Virus record (IMG/VR): IMGVR_UViG_3300000313_000091
DNA from: an uncultured virus (IMG/VR IMGVR_UViG_3300000313_000091)
Taxonomy: Duplodnaviria; Heunggongvirae; Uroviricota; Caudoviricetes
Length of the DNA stretch: 64,000 bases
Strand: one strand, 5' to 3'
Under the pieces are notes generated by a model that was not told the DNA's origin, ran no database searches, and saw only the letters and a program-made list of their open reading frames with translations. The translations under genes and the position numbers were made by a program. Positions 20,799 through 30,603 of the stretch are shown in pieces (position 1 is the stretch's first letter; every line of letters begins with the position of its first letter).

Positions 20799-21262
20799 AT
20801 TCCATAAATTTGACCGAGATAAAAACAGTAGATGTGAATGAATATATTAGACATTCCTACCCATCTATAAATGAAGTAGGAAATGACGAATGTAATAAGG
20901 AAATAGATGTTGTCATGTAACCGGTTGTTCTGTGTCCCTACGCACATCCCTCCAATAGCGAATAATACCCCAGAAAATCCCATCGTAAGTTTATCTCCAT
21001 AAAGAAGTATGGGGCATGAAATAAGATACGCTACAAAGAAATATTTAAACTTCACTTTTCTAAATTCCCACAATGCGGTAAGATTGATAAGTAAATGCCA
21101 AATGGTTACATGAAAGAATTGATAGACAAATCTTGAGTACCAAACAGAATTGTGGTTAAATCCAATCTTGTATGGAAGGAAATAGCAAATGATCATAACT
21201 GCTAGAATAATCCATGCAGTCTTTTCATTCTGGAATTGTACCAGCTTTTCTTTATTTTGCAT
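20777..21262 (-). CDS. Rhomboid-family intramembrane serine protease
   Basis: Multi-TM; FFHVTIWHLLIN (HxxxxHxxxN), GFSG catalytic Ser motif, His in the last TM (IFIHIYCF). Confidence 0.85.
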   Translation of the reverse strand: MQNKEKLVQFQNEKTAWIILAVMIICYFLPYKIGFNHNSVWYSRFVYQFFHVTIWHLLINLTALWEFRKVKFKYFFVAYLISCPILLYGDKLTMGFSGVLFAIGGMCVGTQNNRLHDNIYFLITFVISYFIYRWVGMSNIFIHIYCFYLGQIYGIWMKRWH

Positions 21263-21633
21263 ATGTATATGGTTGCGGTTACGGGAGACATATAAAATTT
21301 TGGAGCGGGGGAATTCACTATCTCAAACATTGTGTCAAGTAAAGATTCTTCATTTGTCTTTGAGTATTCAAGGAATCTCTTATAAATCTCCTCAAACATT
21401 TCACGTTTAAATGGTTTCATATTTTCCAATCTATCTCCCTTTATCATTCTGGAAATAACATTTCTGGCCCTGTATTCAGAAACCCAAAATCGAGGGCAGG
21501 GGTGAAGCACTGCTTTCTGTATAGCTTCTTCAGAAGAAGTTATTTCCTTTTTTGACATTTCTTCGTGGTAAGCTTCCATTAACGCTCGCCTACGTTGTAG
21601 ACAAAAATCCAATGTACACCCCTTATTCTTCAT
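21202..21633 (-). CDS. Phage protein, possibly DNA-binding or packaging-related
   Basis: 143-aa basic protein, first gene of the terminase operon. Confidence 0.6.
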   Translation of the reverse strand: MKNKGCTLDFCLQRRRALMEAYHEEMSKKEITSSEEAIQKAVLHPCPRFWVSEYRARNVISRMIKGDRLENMKPFKREMFEEIYKRFLEYSKTNEESLLDTMFEIVNSPAPKFYMSPVTATIYICKIKKSWYNSRMKRLHGLF

Positions 21634-21652
21634 TTATGCAAATTTACGAAAC

Positions 21653-21674
21653 GCTCTTATAAAGATAAAACTCT
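21653..21674 (+). promoter_or_regulatory. Late-promoter motif copy 2
   Basis: Identical 22-mer; TATATTTG -7 box downstream. Confidence 0.65.
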
Positions 21675-21723
21675 ACTATCAAGGGCACTGTTTATATTTG
21701 TTTGTCATTAAAAATATAAAACC

Positions 21724-22500
21724 ATGGCGGATGAGAAAGATAAAAACATAGAAAATCAAGTAGCTCAAAATGAGCCACCTGTGAGTAAAAAAGATGCTTT
21801 CAGGAAAAGAATAGCCGATAAATTTCCGGAGGAGGACTTGTCTGACGAGAATGCTTACTATGGAAAAATGAGCGGATTAATGGATAATTACGATAAAAGC
21901 GAGAACGAAAGAAAACGTATCTCTGACGCTTTTTCTAAAAATCCGGCCAATGCCTCTTTGTTCCAATCCGTAATGAACGGAAGGGATTTACTTTCAACTT
22001 ATGTCACACGATATGGAGTAGATGGCTTGATTTCAAGATTGCAAGATCCTGAGGTTGTTGCCAAGCTCCAAAAGGAGCAAGACGACTATTTGAAGAAAGT
22101 AGAAGAAAGCGGAAAGACTAAAAAGAATTTTGACAAAAACATTAATAAGTCTTTGGAAACGATTGAAGGTCTTGTGAAGGATGGAACCTATACAGATGAA
22201 CAAGTAAACGGGGCTATTTCAAATATAGAAGAGATCGTCAATGATTATTTCATGGGTATTATCAAACCTGAAACTTTGGCTGATGTCATGCATGCAAAAA
22301 GTTACTCGGATGATATTGCCAATGCTGCTAATCAAGCCGCCGTAAAAGCGAAGAATGACAAAATAGATCGTGCCAAATTAGCTAAGCCTGAAGTTCCTAC
22401 TCTTAATGGCAAATCTGAATCTGTCATGCAAAAAAGCAGTGAATTCAAGTTGCCTAAAAATAGGAATATATGGGCTGGTGCCAAAAGAAACAATTTGTAA
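21724..22500 (+). CDS. Putative scaffolding protein
   Basis: Charged helical 258-aa protein immediately upstream of the capsid gene. Confidence 0.6.
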   Translation: MADEKDKNIENQVAQNEPPVSKKDAFRKRIADKFPEEDLSDENAYYGKMSGLMDNYDKSENERKRISDAFSKNPANASLFQSVMNGRDLLSTYVTRYGVDGLISRLQDPEVVAKLQKEQDDYLKKVEESGKTKKNFDKNINKSLETIEGLVKDGTYTDEQVNGAISNIEEIVNDYFMGIIKPETLADVMHAKSYSDDIANAANQAAVKAKNDKIDRAKLAKPEVPTLNGKSESVMQKSSEFKLPKNRNIWAGAKRNNL

Positions 22501-22503
22501 TTA

Positions 22504-24180
22504 ATGAAAAATATGAAAAGTAAAAAGTTTAAATTTATCCTGCGTGCTATATTATTTGTTATAGCTCTATGCGTGGGAGTCCCCGGCGGGGTCATGATGG
22601 CCGAAGATGTGGCGACTGCCGCTACAAATGCAAGTGATCTTGAAGGAGGTGGAAAGCAAGTTGCCGGTGACGGAGAAGGATTGGCTGGTGCCGCAACTGA
22701 GACCGGTGGAGAGATTATGAATCCGGATAATCTATATACAAAACATATAGATGAAATAATTACTAAGATTCGTCCGAATCGTACTCCGATTGATCAGATT
22801 TCCCGTAGGGCGGCACGTTCCGTAAAAACTAATTCAGCAGTAGTTAAATACTATTCAGTGGGAACACGCCCGATCCGGACTACATTGACTCAAGCAGTTG
22901 AAGCGCAGACAGATGAATCTACAGTCTCGTTGCATGTGGCAAATGTGAATATGTTTACAGCAGATGATACGATTGTTTGCGTGGGAGTTAAAGGCTATGC
23001 AGATGATGGAACCACTCAAACAACTCATGATTTGGAGTTGTGTGTTATCAAAAGAGATGACAACGGATATCCTGTATGTTATGCGATAAATGGAAAGATC
23101 GGATCGTCTAAACAAACGATCGTCATGCCTGCAATTCCTGCAAATACGGTTCTTGTTCGTGCTGCCAAAGCATGCGCGGAGGATACGATGAGAACAGGTA
23201 AGTTCTCCACTGTTCCAACAGCAGACGAACAATACACACAAAATTTCATGACGCAGGTATCTCAAACCACCTTTGATAAGATGGCCCAAAAGGAGATTGA
23301 TTGGAATTTCAACGACTTAGAGGAAGATGCAATCTTTGATATGAAGCGTACGATGGAAGTCAGTTTCCTAATGGGAACTAAACGCAAGATCAAACATAGT
23401 CTAAAAGATACCCAACAATACTTTACAGGAGGTATATTTTGGCAGGCTGGACGTGATGTACAAATTGGTACTCCTGATGTCTTGTCTTTATCTATAGATA
23501 GTGCAGCAACTAAAGCGGGGAATGCTACCATTAAATTAAATGGCGTGTCTTATACTATCGCTGTTACATTGGGAGAATCAGCCAGCAATATAGCAGCCGC
23601 TATTGCTGCAGTTTCATTTACAGGCTGGTCTACTGTCGCTAGCGGAAATATTGTAACTTTCACAAGACTTGTTGCCGGCAATTATGTAACTCCTACATTT
23701 ACCGATACCGATACTACCGGAGCTACAGGAACATTTACTGTTTCTTCCGTAGGCATAAGTGTAGATCAATTAGTCGACTTTACAAAAGCAATCTTTGTTG
23801 GAAACGATTCTTCCGACAAGAAAATTTTACTTTGCGGTTCGGACATGATGGCTGCCTTTGAAAAGATCAAAGGAGATAAATATCAGATTACCAAGAGCTC
23901 TATTGAAAACTGGGATTTGACATTCAAATCTTTCCGTACAGGTTTCGGAGAAGTTCTTCTTATCTATCATGATTTGTTTGATCAACTGGGCCGTTCCAAT
24001 CAAGGATTGGTACTTGATGCCGATTATCTTGTTAAAGCTGTCCGTTTCAACTGGACACGTTATGCCCTTGACTTGAAAAAAGCCGGTGTAAGCAACACCG
24101 ATGATGTCATACTGCAAGAGGTAAGTGCCTTGTATTTGCGTTACCCTGACGCTCATGCAAGAGCTAGCCTGGCAGCTTGA
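22504..24180 (+). CDS. Major capsid protein with N-terminal hydrophobic segment and an internal insertion domain
   Basis: 558 aa after scaffold; TPIDQISR, QYTQNF, DMKRTMEVSFLMG, FTGGI, FGEVLLIYH; terminator follows. Confidence 0.8.
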   Translation: MKNMKSKKFKFILRAILFVIALCVGVPGGVMMAEDVATAATNASDLEGGGKQVAGDGEGLAGAATETGGEIMNPDNLYTKHIDEIITKIRPNRTPIDQISRRAARSVKTNSAVVKYYSVGTRPIRTTLTQAVEAQTDESTVSLHVANVNMFTADDTIVCVGVKGYADDGTTQTTHDLELCVIKRDDNGYPVCYAINGKIGSSKQTIVMPAIPANTVLVRAAKACAEDTMRTGKFSTVPTADEQYTQNFMTQVSQTTFDKMAQKEIDWNFNDLEEDAIFDMKRTMEVSFLMGTKRKIKHSLKDTQQYFTGGIFWQAGRDVQIGTPDVLSLSIDSAATKAGNATIKLNGVSYTIAVTLGESASNIAAAIAAVSFTGWSTVASGNIVTFTRLVAGNYVTPTFTDTDTTGATGTFTVSSVGISVDQLVDFTKAIFVGNDSSDKKILLCGSDMMAAFEKIKGDKYQITKSSIENWDLTFKSFRTGFGEVLLIYHDLFDQLGRSNQGLVLDADYLVKAVRFNWTRYALDLKKAGVSNTDDVILQEVSALYLRYPDAHARASLAA

Positions 24181-24195
24181 ATAAATAAATAATAG

Positions 24196-24221
24196 AAGGC
24201 TGTCCTAGTGGCAGCCTTTTT
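24196..24221 (+). terminator. Intrinsic terminator after capsid gene
   Basis: AAGGCTGTC/GGCAGCCTTTTT. Confidence 0.75.
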
Positions 24222-24233
24222 AAATTTAAAATT

Positions 24234-24620
24234 ATGACGAGAAAATATTATAGAGCACCTTCAAATATAACGGTATCCTTATCAATGCTCGGAGTACCGA
24301 AAACAATTTCTTTCTTCCCTCAGATCGTAGGATCCTTGTATATAACAGAAAATTCCTCAGAACAAGAATCATTGGAGAGCAACCCATGGTTTGGGGATAA
24401 ATATGTATTGGAAAAGGTTGAGGAATCCGAAGATAAACCAAAAAAAGAAAAACATGAGGTGACGGAAAATCAACAGAATAAGATCATTTCTGTTGCATCC
24501 ATATCTGATGCGCAGGAATATCTGATGAAAGAGTTTCATGCTTCTGAAAAACAACTTACAAGTAAGAAAAAAATCAATGCTTTTGCTAAAGAAAAAAATA
24601 TTGAGTTTGTCGGATTATGA
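24234..24620 (+). CDS. Hypothetical virion-associated protein
   Basis: 128-aa ORF following the capsid gene. Confidence 0.6.
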   Translation: MTRKYYRAPSNITVSLSMLGVPKTISFFPQIVGSLYITENSSEQESLESNPWFGDKYVLEKVEESEDKPKKEKHEVTENQQNKIISVASISDAQEYLMKEFHASEKQLTSKKKINAFAKEKNIEFVGL

Positions 24621-25321
24621 AAAATGTATCTGATATAATAAAAGCTGTCCGTATTATTTTGGACGAGAATCAAAGTGATAGTGCCTTAGTCAGTGATGAT
24701 ACGCTGGATTTGGATTCTCTTATTGAAAGCCAAATAGCAAATGGACTAAGAAAAGTGTTGATCATTGCTCCGCAATCCATGATAGATAATGGACAGTCTT
24801 TTTCTTCCAATCAGATCACATGGGGAAAATCACAAACAGGTACAGGGTGGGGAAGCGTAGATCTCCCTACCGATTTTTTAAGGTTACTTTCATTCAAAAT
24901 GAGTGATTGGATTCGTCCGGTAGTCAATCCGATTACTCCGAATGATCCAAGTTATTCACAACAAAAATTCAACTATCCAGGATTAAGAGGTACACCTCAA
25001 TGTCCGATAGTTGCAATTTTAGAGGGAACATCCAATAAAAAGTTGGAATTTTTCTGTTCGTATGCTTCCACAGATGCGAATGGAGCTATTACTTCTGCCA
25101 CAACTCCAACTATCGAATTGGCAAAGTATGTGGCCTATCCGAGTGTTGTTACCAATAATAGCATAGATCAAATAGATTGTGGAGATAACTTATATCAACC
25201 GATGCTTTATTTCATAGCGTCTCAGGTATGCTTTTCTCTTGGTGATAAACAAGGCCAAGTGATGGATACACTTGCGAAAAATTTAATGGGTTTAGTAGAT
25301 GACAACAGATCTGCACAATAA
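24617..25321 (+). CDS. Head-tail adaptor / tail tubular A-like protein
   Basis: LPTDFLRLL motif; lies between capsid and tail fibre genes. Confidence 0.6.
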   Translation: MKNVSDIIKAVRIILDENQSDSALVSDDTLDLDSLIESQIANGLRKVLIIAPQSMIDNGQSFSSNQITWGKSQTGTGWGSVDLPTDFLRLLSFKMSDWIRPVVNPITPNDPSYSQQKFNYPGLRGTPQCPIVAILEGTSNKKLEFFCSYASTDANGAITSATTPTIELAKYVAYPSVVTNNSIDQIDCGDNLYQPMLYFIASQVCFSLGDKQGQVMDTLAKNLMGLVDDNRSAQ

Positions 25322-28300
25322 AGGAACATATAATAATCTTACCGAAGTATGGCTTAAGGTGCCGAACGGGGGAAATTCCGAAAAAGATTATGTCATGATA
25401 AATGACACAAAATGTTACTGGTCATTTGCAGAAAACAATTGGGTAACAGACGGTGTAATTGGCACGGTTGTGGATAATACCCAAGTAGTAGAAAATGATG
25501 TAGATATAAAAAAGAATTTAACCGTTGAGGGAAGTACGAAACTAAAATCTCTTTCCTTAAACGACGAAGATATACTAAACATGTTCCTTCGGAAAGATAA
25601 GGAAGATTCAGCAAGTGAAACGGTCTCTTTCATCAAAGGAATTAATTTCTCTAATGGTTCATCCATATTAAAAGGAGATGATGACAAATGGCATTTGATT
25701 GTCGATGATGAAACCATAAACGGGAAAAAAATAACGGATATATTGAGAACGTCCGATTTAGGGGATCCATCAGATATAAATATTTTAAGTGCCTTAAAAG
25801 CTATAGGTACATTTCTTAGAAAGGATGCAGAAAATACCGCTACAAAGAAGATCACATTTTTAGAGGGCATAGAATTTACTAGCGGTTCTTCCATCTATTA
25901 TAGTGATGGTTCATGGCATCTTACAATAGGTAGTATTGAAGCTGATAAATTAACGGTTGATGAACTGGACAGTAAAAACACCACCAATATAAACGGTAAA
26001 TCCATTTCGGATATTATTAGAACGACAGATAGTACTTCCGCAAGTGATACAAATGTCTTTTCAGCTTTAAAAGCATCTTCCATGTTTTTACGAAAGGATG
26101 TTTCAGACACAGCCTCTGAAACGATGTACTTTGAAAAGAATACACATGTTGCCGGCACAGCTTATGCTTATGATTTGAATGTGACCGATAAGGCAACTAT
26201 TAATGAGGTCGATGCAACAAAACTTCAGGTTACGACCGGCACGTTTTCTAATTTGATGAAGGCTGCTGCAGCTACAATTGTGGGACTGGCTACAATTGGT
26301 ACAGTAAGTGCAACGACTATAAATGTCGATTCTCTAGCAGCAACAAAGGGTACAATAGAAACATTGGGTGCAACGACCATTAATGCAGACACCATTAATG
26401 CGGTCGGCACTACCACTTCTTTAAATCTCGTTGTTCAGTCTTTGGCGAAGACGTACAACATGGAAGTAGACAATGTTGCTACAATCGTTCAAGTTATTTT
26501 AAACGATTATATATCAAGCAGCACATTTACTACAGGTTTTTCCGGATCAGGTTTCAAGCTTTGGAAAAATTCCGATTCTTGGAATTTGGAGTTAGACACC
26601 TTGACCGTTCGAAAAGTGATGAACGTTTTCGAACTTCTAATAAATAAAATTCGTTCGGTTAATGGCGGATTGATTGTGAGCCCCGGCAACGGAAAGATAA
26701 AGTCAGTCTCTTTAGCTGATAGCGTGTATACTCTCGAAATTGAGGGAGACATGACATTTGCTGCAGGTGATTTAATCCGTTGCCAAACATTCCGTACGAC
26801 AGGATCAAAATATTATTGGGTTCCAATAGCTTCTGTTTCAGGTAGTAATATAACCGTTGCGGCATCTTCCTTTACATCTTCATTACCAGAAGTTGGTGAT
26901 GAATTGGTGCAATTTGGAAATACAACCGATACAGATCGTCAAGGGGCGTTGTATTTAGTCGCAAGTGAAGATGGGAAACCGCGCATTGAGGTATTGAATG
27001 GAATTAGCTCTACTGACTTGACGGGAAAAGTTAAAGCTGTGTTGGGTGATTTGGATGGAATAACCGATACCGATTTTTCTAGCATTTCAGGATACGGGCT
27101 ATATGCACAGAATGTTTATCTTAAAGGTACATTCATGCTGCATAGTGGTGTAACATTAGAAACGGCTGTAGCAAATGCTCAATCAGCCGCCGCAACGGAC
27201 GCTACGACTAAAGCCAATGATGCATTATCCAGTGCTAAATCGTATGTCGATTCAAATTATGTATCCTCTTCGACTTACAATTCCGAAATAACCGTATTGA
27301 CTAATTCCATATCTTCAAAGGTTTCTCAAACGGACTTTGATTCTTTGAACACTGTGGTTTCCAATCATACAAGTACATTAAGTCAATTATCCGATACAAT
27401 AGATGCCAGAATAACAACTCAAACAAGTTCCGGTGGTTTAATCTATAAAGCCGTTGCGAGTTCTTTCACCTTATCGGAAAATGGAATTTCATTGTTTGGT
27501 AAGACAATAGATATAAGTGGAGCTGTCGTGTTTAATTCATTGGCAACACAGTCACAAGCCCAAAGTTATGCAAGTTCAGCTTTGAGTAGTGCTAAATCTT
27601 ATGCAGATACAGCCCAATCAAACGCTGTTAGTACTGCGGCCAGTGACGCTACGAGTAAAGCCAATTCTGCGCTGTCTTCAGCCAAGAGTTATACCGATAC
27701 TTTAAAAAGCTCTTTAGGAAGCCTTGCTTATCAAAGTTCCGTGTCTGCAGCTATGTTGGAGTCAACCATTATTTCAGGCGGGTATATCAAAACATCTCTA
27801 TTAGATACTGTAAGTATCGTAACAAACGGACTTTCCGCCCAAACGATAAATGCCAATAATGCGACGTTACAGAATTTAAATGTGAATGTCGGTACGTTCA
27901 CTAGCTGTACAATTGCATCTGCTACAATATCAGGATCGTTGACATGTACAAATGCAGCATTCAATAACGGCACATTTAATAGTATAACTATCAATACAGC
28001 TACAATTATCAATGCGAATGTTACAGGAACTGTTACAGCCACGGCTGGTGCCATTGGAAATTTTAGTATTTCGAACGGTACACTTACGAGTTATAGTATT
28101 ACAACTAGCTATATGACATTGTCGAAAAAAGAAATCGACATTAGCGGATATCACTTAAATGAAAGTACCGATATATATGAATATAGTAACAGCATTTATA
28201 TAGGTGATTTAGATGCGAATACTCCAATGATAAGTGGAACATATGCAATAGGCACAATTCGATCTGTTGTTTCAAGAACTTGTACCGGATCTAATTATGG

Positions 28301-28712
28301 CAATATAGGAGCCTATTTTGATATAACAGGAGCGAGATCTTATAATGAAAATGGAGATGTTTCAAGTGCATATAGTGGAAATAATGCTTTGTATATTCCA
28401 CGTGGTAGAATAACTGGGTTTAGACTTCGTGGAAGACGTGTCAGTGGGCAACAAACACTTTCAGTAATGGATAGTGTGATACTCTGTGAAGGAAATGGAG
28501 ATGATTACTCTTTATATTTACCTACATCTAATGTTGAAGATTTTCAACCATTTTTTATAAGGAAGTGTGGATCTGCAAATATATGGATTCAAGGAACAAT
28601 TCAAGACGGCTGGGGTGGAACTCAATCATCGGTTAAAATAGAAAATTCTCAGATGCATTTTTTTACCTATGATGCAACGAATGCTCGGTGGGAACACAAT
28701 TACATGTCATAA
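25299..28712 (+). CDS. Tail fibre/spike protein
   Basis: 1137 aa, S/T/A-rich; repeated FLRKD modules, ELDTLTVRK..FELLI and GYGLYAQNVYLKG motifs. Confidence 0.8.
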   Translation: MTTDLHNKGTYNNLTEVWLKVPNGGNSEKDYVMINDTKCYWSFAENNWVTDGVIGTVVDNTQVVENDVDIKKNLTVEGSTKLKSLSLNDEDILNMFLRKDKEDSASETVSFIKGINFSNGSSILKGDDDKWHLIVDDETINGKKITDILRTSDLGDPSDINILSALKAIGTFLRKDAENTATKKITFLEGIEFTSGSSIYYSDGSWHLTIGSIEADKLTVDELDSKNTTNINGKSISDIIRTTDSTSASDTNVFSALKASSMFLRKDVSDTASETMYFEKNTHVAGTAYAYDLNVTDKATINEVDATKLQVTTGTFSNLMKAAAATIVGLATIGTVSATTINVDSLAATKGTIETLGATTINADTINAVGTTTSLNLVVQSLAKTYNMEVDNVATIVQVILNDYISSSTFTTGFSGSGFKLWKNSDSWNLELDTLTVRKVMNVFELLINKIRSVNGGLIVSPGNGKIKSVSLADSVYTLEIEGDMTFAAGDLIRCQTFRTTGSKYYWVPIASVSGSNITVAASSFTSSLPEVGDELVQFGNTTDTDRQGALYLVASEDGKPRIEVLNGISSTDLTGKVKAVLGDLDGITDTDFSSISGYGLYAQNVYLKGTFMLHSGVTLETAVANAQSAAATDATTKANDALSSAKSYVDSNYVSSSTYNSEITVLTNSISSKVSQTDFDSLNTVVSNHTSTLSQLSDTIDARITTQTSSGGLIYKAVASSFTLSENGISLFGKTIDISGAVVFNSLATQSQAQSYASSALSSAKSYADTAQSNAVSTAASDATSKANSALSSAKSYTDTLKSSLGSLAYQSSVSAAMLESTIISGGYIKTSLLDTVSIVTNGLSAQTINANNATLQNLNVNVGTFTSCTIASATISGSLTCTNAAFNNGTFNSITINTATIINANVTGTVTATAGAIGNFSISNGTLTSYSITTSYMTLSKKEIDISGYHLNESTDIYEYSNSIYIGDLDANTPMISGTYAIGTIRSVVSRTCTGSNYGNIGAYFDITGARSYNENGDVSSAYSGNNALYIPRGRITGFRLRGRRVSGQQTLSVMDSVILCEGNGDDYSLYLPTSNVEDFQPFFIRKCGSANIWIQGTIQDGWGGTQSSVKIENSQMHFFTYDATNARWEHNYMS

Positions 28713-28732
28713 TAAATTAAAAATGAAAATAT

Positions 28733-29023
28733 ATGAAAATTGATTTTAGAAAGATTCAGATTAAAGGAATTGATGGTAAGGTTATAGAGAAAGATTTATC
28801 AAAAGAACTTGGTAACGCCATATTCGGCAAGACGGTAGATATCGGTGAGTTGGATTTGGCACGTGACATTTATCATAAAGGTGAAATTGAAGTAAGCAAA
28901 AAAAATGCCGAGATCATCAAACATTATGTCGAACAGTACTTCTTGGCATTCATCAAAGAAACGCTTGTTCCGGCATTAGATTTAATTATTAATGAGAAAG
29001 AAAAACCAACTAAAAATAAATAA
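28733..29023 (+). CDS. Hypothetical protein (possible fibre chaperone)
   Basis: 96-aa ORF directly after the fibre gene. Confidence 0.55.
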   Translation: MKIDFRKIQIKGIDGKVIEKDLSKELGNAIFGKTVDIGELDLARDIYHKGEIEVSKKNAEIIKHYVEQYFLAFIKETLVPALDLIINEKEKPTKNK

Positions 29024-29024
29024 G

Positions 29025-29342
29025 ATGGATTACGGAAATTCAACAAAGAAAAATTTTACATCTTTCACCGCTATCAGCGGAGATTTTAGTTATGCCACAT
29101 CGTACTACTATGATGAAAAAGGTGACATCACAGGGCTTAGCATTCAAGCTACAAAAACAGCTGACAATTCATATGTCGGATCGATGAGTGTTGCCGACAA
29201 CGGTCAGCAAAGCGTAAGCATAGCTAGTGGAAGCGATTTAGCAACTCATGCAGCAAATTTTGAAACTATAGTAACGAAGATTAAAGCCGATGTTGCGACT
29301 GCCATTTCGACAGCATCAAGTTCCACAACTGCTGCAAGCTAA
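29025..29342 (+). CDS. Hypothetical protein, paralog of next gene
   Basis: GSDLATHAANF motif; start taken at the second Met. Confidence 0.6.
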   Translation: MDYGNSTKKNFTSFTAISGDFSYATSYYYDEKGDITGLSIQATKTADNSYVGSMSVADNGQQSVSIASGSDLATHAANFETIVTKIKADVATAISTASSSTTAAS

Positions 29343-29373
29343 AATATAGAATTGAAATTTTAAAACGAAGAAT

Positions 29374-29655
29374 ATGTTTAATCAAACAGCAAAAACAGTT
29401 GCCATACAAGGCAACGAAGTAATAGGCGGTTTCAGATATGATGCCTCTTATAATATAGAAAATGGTAGTGTTGAAAATGTCCAAGTAAAGGTTACTGAAC
29501 TTGATGAGGCTGGCAAAGATAAATCTGAAATTGGTACGATGACAATCAAAGATGAAATCGAAATCAAGTTAGTTAAAGGTAGTGATCTTGCTACTCACGT
29601 CACCAATTTCTCTGCAATAATTACAGAAATAGATGCATCGTTAACAGCTCAATAG
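29374..29655 (+). CDS. Hypothetical protein, paralog of previous gene
   Basis: GSDLATHVTNF motif. Confidence 0.6.
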   Translation: MFNQTAKTVAIQGNEVIGGFRYDASYNIENGSVENVQVKVTELDEAGKDKSEIGTMTIKDEIEIKLVKGSDLATHVTNFSAIITEIDASLTAQ

Positions 29656-29664
29656 ATACTAAGT

Positions 29665-29910
29665 ATGATCAATAAAACAACATTGATAGGCATTATTTGC
29701 ACGATAGTCATTGCATTTGCAGGGGCTTGGGTACAAATCAATAGTCGTATTTCCGTACTTGAAGTCCAGGTACAGAATGATAGGGCAGTATTCAATCAGA
29801 ATACTCAAAAGATGGATGAGATAATGAACTCTGTAAATGAGATAAAAGAGAACATTGTTGAAATGCGTGGAGAAATGAAATTAAAGGCTGATAAGAAGTT
29901 AGTTAACTAG
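29665..29910 (+). CDS. Holin-like single-TM coiled-coil protein
   Basis: N-terminal TM, directly upstream of endolysin. Confidence 0.55.
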   Translation: MINKTTLIGIICTIVIAFAGAWVQINSRISVLEVQVQNDRAVFNQNTQKMDEIMNSVNEIKENIVEMRGEMKLKADKKLVN

Positions 29911-29921
29911 GAGGGTAAACA

Positions 29922-30350
29922 ATGAAATCAAGTGATATTCTAATAGAAAAAATAAAAGAGTTTGAGGGTGTAAAGCTTGTCGCTTACAAATGCCCTGCCG
30001 GTATTCCTACAATTGGAGTAGGGCACACGAAAGGAGTAAAAATGGGTCAAAAAATATCTATGGCGCAAGTCAATAGTTTATTGCGTTCTGATCTTTCACC
30101 GATTGAAGCCTTCTTGAATAAGCAGTCGGCTAAATTTACTCAGGGGCAATTTGACGCATTGGTAGACTTTGCCTTTAATCTAGGAATTGGAGCTTTAAGC
30201 GGATCATCACTTTTTAAAAAAGCTCTTGCTAAAGTGAAGGATACAGAAATAAAAAATGAGTTTATGAAATGGACTCATGCAGCAGGAAAGGTGTTGCCCG
30301 GATTAGTTAAACGTCGCCAATGGGAATCAGTTCGTTGGTGTGAAAAATAA
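29922..30350 (+). CDS. Endolysin (GH24 lysozyme)
   Basis: FEG..AYKCPAGIPTIGVGHT; QFDALVDFAFNLG; GLVKRR. Confidence 0.95.
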   Translation: MKSSDILIEKIKEFEGVKLVAYKCPAGIPTIGVGHTKGVKMGQKISMAQVNSLLRSDLSPIEAFLNKQSAKFTQGQFDALVDFAFNLGIGALSGSSLFKKALAKVKDTEIKNEFMKWTHAAGKVLPGLVKRRQWESVRWCEK

Positions 30351-30603
30351 TACGATTATGAAGATTATAAAAACATTACAAACAAGGTGGAAGGCTGAAA
30401 CGCCTGATGTAGCAAAGAAGATAAGAAATATAGCCGGCACAATAACCGCGGCTCTCCCTACAGCGTGGGGAATAGTAAGTTCAATGCCTAAGATGTTGGA
30501 TGTATTTCCCGATGGCTTTACAAAGTTTGTTGGATATGTAACTTTGGCATCAGCACTTATAACTACTATTGCCGGGTTGCAAACTAAAAAAAGTGATTCA
30601 TGA
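30340..30603 (+). CDS. Putative holin (2 TM)
   Basis: Two hydrophobic segments within the lysis cassette. Confidence 0.6.
   Translation: MKNNTIMKIIKTLQTRWKAETPDVAKKIRNIAGTITAALPTAWGIVSSMPKMLDVFPDGFTKFVGYVTLASALITTIAGLQTKKSDS

Noticed and set aside
25299..28712. Diversity-generating retroelement or invertible tail-fibre cassette
   Set aside because: No reverse transcriptase, second recombinase or TR/VR-like duplicate seen in the window
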